From positions 16,864,001-16,928,000 of the forward strand of contig NC_073386.1 of assembly GCF_028641065.1 (NCBI RefSeq): 64,000 nucleotides of DNA. The letters are read 5' to 3'. Each line of letters starts with the position of its first letter. The first letter of the stretch is position 1. Shown here one piece after another: positions 18,373 to 29,000 of the stretch. The notes under the pieces were generated by a model. That model ran no database searches. It worked only from the letters and a program-made list of their open reading frames with translations, and was not told the origin of the DNA. The DNA is from Leucoraja erinacea. Lineage: Eukaryota. Both the position numbers and the translations under genes were made by a program.

Positions 18373-19886
18373 GGCTACAGCACTACGACTACAACATCAG
18401 ATACAAGCCAGGAAAAGACCTGCTGCTAGCTGACGCCCTATCCAGACTATCAACACATGACAAACAAGAGATGGAAGGGCTGAGCATAAAGATCCACCAC
18501 ATTGTGAGTGTGACAAGCGTGAAGCTGGAACAGATCAAAGAGGAAACAGCCAGAGATGAAGAACTCCAGCTCCTCACCCAAATGGTAATACAGGGGTGGC
18601 CAGAAAAGAGACAACAAGTTCACCCTCTCCTCCGCGAATACTGGACCATCCGTGATGATATTTCGGTAGAGAATGGAGTCCTGATGGCCGGATCACGAAT
18701 CATCATACCCAAGTCCATGCAAAAAGAAATCCTCGAAAAGATCCACCAGGGACACTTAGGAATGGAAAAGTGCAGACTCCGTGCTAAATCCGCTGTGTAC
18801 TGGATAGGCATGTACAAGGACATAGAAAAGCTGGTATCTACATGCCACATATGCCAAAAATACAGGAATTCACAACAGAAAGAGGAAATGACACCCAGTG
18901 ATATCCCAAGCCGGCCATGGCAAACCATCGGAGCAGACCTGTTCACAGAGAACCAGCAATGGTATTTGATTATGGCCTGCTACTACTCCAAATTCCCATT
19001 TGTGAGAAACGTAAAGGATTTGAAAGCTAAAACAATTGTGTCAATTGTTAGAGGGTTGTTTGCAGAGCAAGGAATACCTGAGCAGATCGTATGTGACAAT
19101 GGAACCCAATTCACATCTCGGGAATTCAGAGAGCTAGCCACCGAATACGGGTTCAAAATCACAACATCTTCACCACATTACCCAAAGGGCCATGGGTTTA
19201 TTGAAAGGCAAGTACAGACAGCCAAGAAAACACTAATAAAATGCCGAGAGGCAAAGGAGGATCCAAACCTGGCACTTTTATCCTTACGGGCAACTCCACT
19301 AAAGGCTGACATGAAGTCTCCTGCAGAAATGCTAAATGGCAGGAAATACAAAACCACCCTGCCAAGCAAAATCCAACCCCCTATCGACCAAGAAGAAACA
19401 AGGGCAAAATTGGCAGCTGCCCAGGAGGAGGGGCTGAAACAATACAACAAAAATGCACAGTACTTGCCTGAACTATTTCAAGGCCAAAACGTACATGCTC
19501 AGGATCCAACAACAAAGAAATGGACCCCAGCACAAATCACCAGCAGGGCTGGAACCCCAAAATCATATATCATAGAGACAGAACCGGGCAGGCAGTTGAG
19601 ACGAAACAGAATTCACATCCGCCCGACACCTGAAATGTCAACACCTGCAACTTCAAAGACAACACCAGCAACTCCTAGGACACCACCCACAGCAGCAGCA
19701 ACACCTACCATTGATGACAACACATTCTCACAAACTGCTACCAGTGAGTCATATAGTCAACCAGCACCAACCAATGGCCACAAAACAACTCAACAAGTTA
19801 CCAATACATCGAGTGCAACACTGCAGGCAACAACCAGATCTACTAGATCCAGGAGCAACATCTTACCCCCAGCGCGTTATCGCTAG
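18201..19886 (+). CDS. Pol remnant: RNase H C-terminus, integrase zinc finger and DDE integrase core; protease and RT absent
   Basis: RLQRLLLRLQHYDYNIRYKPGK...ADALSR (RNase H end); HQGH...CHIC zinc finger; PWQTIGADLF, IVCDNGTQF, GFIERQVQT catalytic D-D-E. No protease DTG or RT YxDD motif. Pol similarity starts at about 18305. Confidence 0.85.
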   Translation: MGVRPPRGPKVPNRERHPQPKRRRRCCQSFRSHKETLEQIEKKNLTKAPARLQRLLLRLQHYDYNIRYKPGKDLLLADALSRLSTHDKQEMEGLSIKIHHIVSVTSVKLEQIKEETARDEELQLLTQMVIQGWPEKRQQVHPLLREYWTIRDDISVENGVLMAGSRIIIPKSMQKEILEKIHQGHLGMEKCRLRAKSAVYWIGMYKDIEKLVSTCHICQKYRNSQQKEEMTPSDIPSRPWQTIGADLFTENQQWYLIMACYYSKFPFVRNVKDLKAKTIVSIVRGLFAEQGIPEQIVCDNGTQFTSREFRELATEYGFKITTSSPHYPKGHGFIERQVQTAKKTLIKCREAKEDPNLALLSLRATPLKADMKSPAEMLNGRKYKTTLPSKIQPPIDQEETRAKLAAAQEEGLKQYNKNAQYLPELFQGQNVHAQDPTTKKWTPAQITSRAGTPKSYIIETEPGRQLRRNRIHIRPTPEMSTPATSKTTPATPRTPPTAAATPTIDDNTFSQTATSESYSQPAPTNGHKTTQQVTNTSSATLQATTRSTRSRSNILPPARYR

Positions 19887-20604
19887 CACTGGAAGGGACA
19901 AGTCACGCCAACACATGACTCTTGACTGGCTACGCACTACCTGAAAGAAAACAAGCTGCCATTATATATTTTGTTGTGTAGTATATTAGAAAGCAGAATG
20001 CCACGAATGTGGGCAGAATAATCCCACGGTATCTGCTACAGGATTGCCACCCTCGCTCTGGCAATCCTCTAGTGTCACTAATTTTTGTTCCTTTCTTTTG
20101 AGAAGGGGGGATGTTACATATGCTACATATTTTTGTTCCTTTCTTTTGAGAAGGGGGGATGTTACATATGCTACATATTCATTGTAGCAGTCCCAACCTC
20201 CTGCACTACTTTGTATCAGGCACACTCACACACACACACACACACTGTGATTAGGTATGTAAGCACTTTAGTATTACTACGCCACACAGACAAAGGAGCT
20301 GAATAAAGGAGTACAATAAGGCAACTGAAACAACCTGAATTGTGTCGTTTATTATCAGGATATCAAACACGAAGACACAACACGTGATATAGGGTTAGAT
20401 TCATAATTCTGCTAGTTCATAATTCTGTTAATTCTTGTTAAAGAATAAAATGTTTATAAACACACATACATGAATGTGATATAAATGTATATAATCATAT
20501 AACACACACAATTATATTTCTTCTGATCCAATGATGAACTTTATTTCAGACTAGACAAGGGACATTAAATAAGAAACATTGTAAACCTCCCCGCAACTTC
20601 ACAC

Positions 20605-21750
20605 AGTGGGTAGACACAAAATGCTGGTGTAAATCAGCGGGACTGGCAGCGTCTCTGGGGGAGAAAGAATGGGTGAAGTTTCGAGACGACACCCTTCTTC
20701 AGACTCAGGGGAGAAGTACACAGAGAGAAGGAAGTGTTAGGAAACGAGACATCAAAGAGGAATTGGCCAAGGAAAAAGTAAAATAGATCATGGTTAACTA
20801 GGAGAAAACGACAATGAAGTATACATATATAACATTTAATCAGGGGAACCATATAACCATATAACGATTACAGCACGGAAACAGGCCATCTCGGCCCTTC
20901 TAGTCCATGCCGAACACTTATTCTCCCCTAGTCCCATCTACCTGCGCTCAGACCATAACCCTCCATTCCTTTCCCGTCCATATAACTATCCAATTTATTT
21001 TTAAATGATAAAATCGAACCTGCCTCCACCACCTCCACTGGAAGCTCATTCCACACAGCTACCACTCTCTGAGTGAAGAAGTTCCCCCTCATGTTACCCC
21101 TAAACTTCTGTCCCTTAATTCTCAAGTCATGTCCTCTTGTTTGAATCTTTCCTACTCTCTACGGGAAAAGCTCTATCAAGTCCCCCCCTTAACCTTCTGC
21201 GCTCCAAAGAATAAAGACCTAACTTGATCAACCTTTCTCTGTAACTTAGTTGCTGAAACCCAGGCAACATTCTGGTAAATCTCCTCTGTACTCTCTCTAT
21301 TTTGTTGACATCCTTCCTATAATTAGGCGACCAAAATTGTACACCATACTCCAGAATTGGCCTCATCAATGCCTTGTACAATTTTAACATTACATCCCAA
21401 CTTCTGTACTCAGAACAGTCAGAATGGTTGGAGAACGAGGGAGAGAGGGAAGGGTTACTTGAAGTTAGAGAAATCAATATTCATAACTGCCCAAGTGAAA
21501 TATGAGGTACTGTTCCTCCAATTTGCATTTGGCCTCACTCTGACAATGGAGGAGGCCCAGGACAGAAAGATCAGTGTGGGAAGGGGAGTTAAGTATTTGG
21601 CAACCGAGAGCACACTTAGGCCCAGGCGGACTGAGCAGAGGTCTGTCAGGAAAACGATCGCCCAGTCTACGTTTGGTCTCGCTGATGTCTAAGCGTCCAT
21701 ATCTGGAACAACAGATAGTACAGATGAGGTTGAAGTGAACCTGAATATGC
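20605..21750 (-). mobile_element. Penelope-like 3' remnant (interrupted by CR1)
   Basis: LDISETKRRLGDRF...DLSVLGLLHCQSEAKCKLEEQYLIFHLG plus terminal repeat at 20605-20710. Confidence 0.78.
20850..21410 (-). mobile_element. CR1-clade LINE 3' fragment inserted into a Penelope-like remnant
   Basis: LYKALMRPILEYGVQFWSP...LERRRLRG; aaccatat tandem tail at about 20848-20862. Confidence 0.88.
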
Positions 21751-21929
21751 TCTGAGAGACCGTATTCCCAGCCAGGAAGTACTGCAGGCGAGTGCGCTTC
21801 TGGGTCACAACACTTACACAAGTGGCTGGTGAAATGGAAACTAGATTTATATCACACCACTGTCTCCTTTTAAGGGAGTTGAGTCCCACAGCTAGGGGAA
21901 ACAAATCTTATTCATCAATTTAAACAACT

Positions 21930-22748
21930 GCCAGCAGTTGTCTGTCTTTTCACCGTTTTATTTTATTTTTTTTTTTAGTTAGTTAAAGTGTTTTGTTTGG
22001 AGGTCTAGACTTTTTTGTTTGGGGGGGGGGGGGGGGGGGGAAACTGCCTTTCAGGGTCCCTACCTGGTCGGAGAGGCAGCTTTTCTCCGGGCTGCAGCTT
22101 CGACCCGTCCTCGCGGGCCTGGAGCGGCGTTTCCTGTCGCGGACCGCCCAGAACCTCGGCTTTGGCAGCGGCACAGCACTGGAGCGCTATCGTGGAGCGG
22201 GCGATGCCTTGCCTGGGTCGCCGCGCTGGAGCTCCGGTGAGCTGAGACCGCCGGAAACAACATCGCGGAGCTGCGGGACTGTGGAGCGGCCAGCTGCGGG
22301 CGGCGGCACCGAACTTTACACCGGGAGCCTGGGATCCCGCGACGAGATCGCCATTTGTGGAGCTCCATCTGGCGCGGCCTTGTTGGCTTTGGAGGCCGCG
22401 GCCTCCAGTACGGAGGCGGCCGTTCCAGGGTTCCCATGCCGCTGTGAGGACTCTCCCGACGCCAGGGCACCACCACCCGGCGAGAACGGCCAGGAACATC
22501 GGGCCTCCGTAGAGGCAACTGTGGAGGCCTCAATAGGCCCGACTATGGGTGAACTGGGGTTGGGGACTGGACTTTGTGCCTTCCCTCATGGTGGGAGCCA
22601 TTGTGGGGGGATGTTCTTTGTGTTTAAGACTCTCATTGGTGTTATGTCTGTATTTCTTTTGTGTGCTGCAAAATGGCAAAAAGCATTTCACTTCATTACA
22701 CCTCGGTGTATGTGAATGTGACTAATAAAAACATTTGAATACTTTGAA
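21930..22748 (+). mobile_element. GC/CpG-rich non-autonomous retroelement with a LINE-like 3' tail
   Basis: T-rich then poly-G leader, GC-rich core, tail catttc...tgactaataaaa then tttgaa repeats; parallels 14668-15526. Confidence 0.55.
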
Positions 22749-25700
22749 ATCTATGCTTCTAGTTCATATGATAGGAGCAGAATTGGGCCATTCGGCCCAT
22801 TGTCTACTATGCTATTTAAATATAGTGATTATCTTTCCCTCTCAACCCCATTCTCCTGCCTTTGCCCCACAACCCAACACCCTTACTAATCAAGAATCTG
22901 GCATTCTCTGCCTTAAAAATATCCATTGACTTGGCCTCCACAGCCTTCTGTGGCAAAGAATTCCACAAGCAGGAAGAAATTCAGACACCAAGTACACATC
23001 CTCCTATGCTCCAAGGAATAAAGTCCTAGCCTGTTCATCCTCGTATATCATCTCTGCACTCTTCCAGCTTGGCAACATCTTTCCGATAACGTGGTGGCCA
23101 ATACAATGTTGCTTTTGTTCTTCTTGATAATAGAATTCAGGTGTTTGGGAGGTGCTGTCAGAGTAACCAGAACATAGAACGGCACACCATGTCTGCACGG
23201 CCAATAATGTCAAACTAACTAATCCCATCTGCCTGCACGTAGTCTGTATCTCGCTATTTCCTGCCTATTTACATGATTATCCAAATGCATCTACAGTAAA
23301 CCCTCACTATAATGGACCTGGGGGGGGGGGGGGGGGGGGGGATTGGTGTGGTGTCTGTTATTGCCAGTTGTCCACTACAACCGAGTAAGGTATTATCATT
23401 GTATGAGTAGTAGAAACAGATGCTGGTTAATAAACCAAAGGACACAGTGTGCTGGATGAAACTAACAGGTCAGGCAGCATCTCTGAAGAACATGGGTAGG
23501 TAAAGTTTCAGTTCCGAAACTGGACCTAGAATCTAGGCGAGTTGACGGCCCCAAACCAGGGACCTAGAATCAATGGTAGCTGGAACGCAAGTTCAGCAGC
23601 AGGCCCTGCAAGTGGCAGGAAACTGTGGGTCAGCAAGGTGGCAGAAGCAATGGCCTGGTGGTGTCAATGGTGGCACGGCCCGCATGTTCCAGCAGCTGGA
23701 GACGCTAAAGTTGATGGTGAGTAGTAGGTCAGCAGCAGGCACAAAGCCTGTTGTGGCCATCTGTTAAAATTGATGTAGTGTACTTCTACCACTTCTCCTA
23801 GAAGCACATTCAAGACATCTATCACCCTATGTGTAAATTAATGGTTGGTTAGACTCGCTTATTGAAGGTGGTCATTGTCTGACAGTTTTGTGGCACAAAT
23901 GTTAACTGGTGTTGGCATGGACTGCATCATTTGCTGAGACTAAACATGGAATTAAACATTGCAGTCATCAGGGAATACTCATCATCTAATCTAGAAGCAA
24001 AGTTTTTGATAATGCGGGTGAAGATTGTTGGGCCTAGGATATTGTCTTTAGGAATTCCTGCTGTGATTTTCCAAAAGGACTCTGGCAATCACAAATGTCT
24101 TCCTTTGAACAATGTATGATTCCAACAATTGGAGTACTTGCCCTTTGAAGCTCATTGATTTGAGTTGTGTCTGGGCGTCATAACATAATAAATCATTCTT
24201 TTCCTATTTCTTCCATCCAGAGATGCTGCTCGTCCCAACAAAAATTAAAACTTGGAATTGCTGATTAATTGCATCAACAACAGGTTCCATTGCTTAAAGA
24301 GTCATACAGCATGGAAACGGGCACTTCAGCCCAACTCATCTATGCCAATCATTTTGCTGACGATTGAAGTTGATGCAGCTAAATCTCCCTTCAGTATCTT
24401 TGTTCCAGAGAATTCAACTCAAGATTATCCAATCTGTCCTTAGAGCCAGCCCCAGCAAACTTCCCCAAACCCTATTCAGTGCAAATTGGATTAAGGATTC
24501 TCATCTAAAATTAATTTTGCCCATTTGCACCACTCTTGGAAATTGGTCTCTATTATAATTTTTGATTCTGATAGCACAAATATAAATTTCCATTGTTTAT
24601 GAACAGTACCTAATTGGCTGTTAAATGCTCCAAGACCATCAGCTTTGTGCGAACTTTCGGAATAAAGTCCAAGCCTGCCCAACTTCTCCCTTTTGATCAT
24701 GCAATGGTTGCTGCACCTTTTCCAGCTTAATATCATATTTCCAAAAGCAGAGTGATCAAAGCTGCACACAATAGTTCAAGTGCAACCTCACAAATATATT
24801 GTACAACTCCAAACAAAACTTCCAATTCCTATACTCAATTTGCCGACTGATGATGGCAAAGGTACCAAAAGCCGTATTCAACACTATCTACCTATGACAC
24901 CATAAATACACATTTACAATGTATTAAAACATTAACAATTAAATAATTCCAATTGCTAGATAACTTTTTCAGACTACATTTTTTGCATTGCTTAAATTTA
25001 AGCAGATAAATACGATATTGCACTTGGTGAATGTTCAATACAGCCAATTTATAGTACCATGACCATCAGGTTACAGATTCTTATGCTGGAGGTGGGATTA
25101 GGTTAGCCATTTTTTTTTAAATCAACTGTTCACACTGGGCTGAATGTAATAGCTGATGATTTTGGATCATCGCAAAGCCAGTTTATAGCATTGAGTTTCT
25201 ATAGTCATGTCTTTCCAGGATGAGATTACTATTCTTTCACTCCATGGCATAGCATTATTAGCTTGCATAACATCTAGCAGATGCAGGTGGAATCTGTTGC
25301 AATCACATCATCCATTCTGATTAAAGCACATTAAACTAAAGAAGGGTTTGGGCCTGAAACATTGCCTATTTCCTTCGCTTCATAGATGCTGCCTCACCCG
25401 CTGAGTTTCTCCAGCACTTTTGTCTACCTTGCACATTAAACACTTTAGCTGAGTGAGCTGTCTTCATACTCATATTCCTCGACATTATATAACCAGTCCA
25501 ATCACTAATAGACTACTCCATGCATGTAAATTTACTATTTTGACATCTTAGTTTGACATGCTCTGAATGCAACTTGCATATAAAAGGTACAATAAAAATC
25601 ATTCGCTAAAGATTATCACTTTACAATGTCAAAAGGATCTCTAAGATTGTCTTCACACATCCTAAATGTGCCGCTGCTGCTGCAAGCAACATTTTCATTG

Positions 25701-26044
25701 TACCTGCACCTCACTACCTGTGTATACATCTCAATAAACTGATCTGCCATACCGATGAAAGGAATGTTCTATTCTAATAAATATTATTGTGAGCTTAGCA
25801 AGTTAAAATTCACAATATTCATATTAACCAGTTTTGATAACACACTTTACGCAATTTGGACTTACTGGTCTTTCTCTCTCCCACCTCAGTACTATCTGTC
25901 ATTGAATAGTTAAAGATACCTTTAAGCCTCAACTTGGAATGTTCAGAAATAAAGACAATAGATTTGAAGAGGAAACAGATTTATAAAAAACAATTACAAC
26001 AGTAGATACATCTATGTACACATTTAAATGTTTTGAATCACCTA

Positions 26045-29000
26045 TTATCCATTCATTTTTCTTTCAAATACATGAATATGGCTTCCTGTTCGGCCCTCTG
26101 GCACATGAGTGTGAAAAAATGTTGCTACTTTTATGTAGCTTTTGGTCCTTAGGAATGGTTCAATGTTCTTTGAAGACAAAGAAGCAAATAATGAGGTTAG
26201 ATGATGCAAAAAACACAATAGACTCAACACTTTTTTAATCAACTTTACAATGATGTTAACAGGAATGTGTTCATAAATAAAAAGAAGCTACTCAATGCTT
26301 TGGTGGTCGTAAAGGTGGATTACTCCATAGAACTGGATGGGATTTATCCTAGACTGCTACAGGAGGCAAAATAAAGAGATTGCTGGGACGTTGTCTGTGA
26401 TTTTTAAATTTAGTCACAAGTCAGATACCATAAGACCATTAACACATAGGAGCATAGTTTAGCCATTCAACGTCATATCTGTTCTGCCATTCAAACATGG
26501 CTGTTCTATTACTCGCTCTCAACCCCATTTTCCTGCCTTCTCTCCATAACTTTTGTTGCCCTTACCGATCAAGATGACAACCAGATGGCTGGAGGACAGC
26601 AAAGGTGGTCCCCATTTTCAAGAAAGTCAGCAGAAAAGCCTGGCAACGAGAGACCTGCAAGTCTAACATCAGTGGTAGGGAAGGTATGGGAAATATTTTG
26701 ACGGAGAGCATTAGTGATCACTTGAAAAGACTGACTAATCAAAGACATTTTACATGGTTATATCATGGGCATATCCTGCATGACAAATTTGATTGAATTC
26801 CAACCGTTGAGTTCTAACCATTAATCTTTGGTTTCCCATTCCCCTACTACTATACTCTAATAGAAACACCAAACCAAATATTTTTCTAAATTTGAATAAT
26901 CTGGCAGGATTCTACAATGTCAATTTAGAATATTATAGTACTTCATCTTTATTATTGGGAAATACTGCTCATTGGCAAGACATGTAATGATAAACTGGGC
27001 AACCCACATCCTCTATAACACTGGCCAATTCAAGACAGGGACAAAAACAAGTGTGTGCATACCTGTTCCAAGACATTGAAAATTACGAGATGAGTGGGAA
27101 GGGAGGCCTGAGCAGAAAATCTTATGTTCAGCCACGTAAGGGGCTCCTTGAAAAATAAGTCAGCTTCATCAATGTAGGTATTGTTTCCACTCAGGTCCGG
27201 AGGGCATTCCAGAAAGTGCATTTTTATTGGGCAATGAACGTAACTGGCGAAGCAAGAAAGAACAAATATTTAAACATCTAATCATGCACAAATTGGAAGG
27301 AGTATTACTTCTTTATCTGATTAGTGATGTAATGACTTTTCCCAGTTGTGAAAAATACTTAAAGACCCATTCCCACCCACACTCTATTCTTGCTGCTACC
27401 ATTGGGAAGAAGGTACAGAAGCCTGAGAAAGGTTCAAGAACAGCTTCTTTAATCAACCATCAGGCTCTTGCACCACCTTGCATAACCCTTACCATGATAG
27501 TAAACCGAATAAGGGGTTGGCTATTTAGAACGAAAATGAGGGAAAACTTTTTCACCCAGAGTTGTGAATCTGTGGAATTATCTGCCTCAGAAGGCAGTGG
27601 AGGCCAATTCTCTGGATGCTTTCAAGAGAGAGTTAGATAGAGCTCTTAAAGATAGCAGAGTCAGGGGATATGGGGAGAAGGCAGGAACAGGGTACTGATT
27701 GTGGATGATCAGCCATGATCACAGTGAATGGCGGTGCTGGCTCGAAGGGCCGAACAGCCTACTCCTGCACCTATTGTCTATTTTTTTATTGACAATGGAC
27801 TTTGTGTAAGGTTGCACCAGTTACTTCAACTCGCATTGTTCTGGTTTGGTTAACTTGTACAACCGGTAATTTATTGTATATTTATTTGTTGTGTTGTTGC
27901 ATTCATGTGCCTGTAAAGCTGCAGCAAGTAAGAATTTCATTGTTCCAGTACCTGTACTAAAAACGCTCACCATTCTTAACTTGAATTTACATACTTAGCA
28001 TACCTGTAGAATGGTGTTGAATGGCAAGGCATCAGAAAGAACAAAGATGGCTCTTCTTTCTCCAGCAGGTTGTCCGTGCAGAGTTTCTGAGCATATTGCA
28101 TTACATCTAGTGTCCCACGCTGATGAATTAATCCAGTATATAGAACTAGGCACACGTTGGATAGAAACAGAAAACTGACTGCTCGTTTCTTCCAAATTTT
28201 TAAATTAGCGAGTGAATAGCCTGACACAAATTGGTGGGTTGGGTGTGGGGAGAAAAGGGAAAAGTAAACATTTAATACGTGTTAATGATTGTTTAAAAAA
28301 TAAATAAATAAATCACATTTTCTTATAGAAAGAGGAGTAGAAAATATAAAGGCCCACCAAACATCCACACAGAGATCTTTATGGACAGCTTTTTGAAGTC
28401 AGCTATCAAGGCCAAGCATGCGGAATTGATCACATTATCAGGGCCATTATTTATTTAAATTGTTCATCCAATCTATACTTTTCAAAACCACATTCTATTT
28501 GTGGAAAACTTTTAAAGTTAATTGTTTTTATAAATGAACAGAAGTTACACAAGTGGTTATTTTCTCAAGGTAAAATTATCAACAGAATACATACCACAAA
28601 ATACCATGCAGATGGGCATTGCCGGATAAATAAATCTGAATTCTTTATGGCTTATGAAGCTGTAATAAAGGACAGTTTTGTAACTGATAGGCATTCTGAA
28701 TGGCAGGAAATAAAATAGCATGTGGATGAACTTAATAAGGCTGTATAACAGTGCATCAACAGTACATCTCCTGGTATATCATCTCCTATTAATCCCTCAA
28801 AAAATATCCTAGATATATTTGGGTTATTAACTACAGTTGGTGGCATTTTATGACCATATTTTCTATATTAAAACAGTGACTATATTCACAACCTGCATTT
28901 TTGGTACCAAACCTTTTTTTTAAATTTTTGTTGGTATCAAATCCTGTTTGGGATTCCCAAGGTCATGCAAGGCTTCTTAGTGGTGGATTACTCCAGTAAA

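Larger units (their letters stand above)
17424..20382 (+). mobile_element. Gypsy/Ty3-type LTR retrotransposon, internally deleted (non-autonomous), recent insertion
   Basis: 5' LTR 17424-17651 and 3' LTR 20160-20382 (TG...CA), identical apart from a CA microsatellite; 5-bp TSD CGTGA (17419-17423, 20383-20387); PBS TGGTGGCAGCGGTG at 17652-17665 complementary to the 3' end of tRNA-Leu; PPT GAGAAGGGGGGA before the 3' LTR. Confidence 0.95.
17065..20520. mobile_element. Truncated DNA-transposon-like host element carrying the nested LTR element
   Basis: Starts GATCTTATAGCGGAGC (related to the palindromic mini-elements at 42267 and 63777); has internal repeats (agtaaccgg...acccgactcgcag...gtgatatagggttagattcat), the second split by the LTR insertion. 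Right boundary approximate. Confidence 0.55.

Noticed and set aside
21993-22715. 240-aa ORF
   Set aside because: Lies inside a GC-rich repeat, starts at a non-ATG codon near a poly-G run, no recognisable domain.
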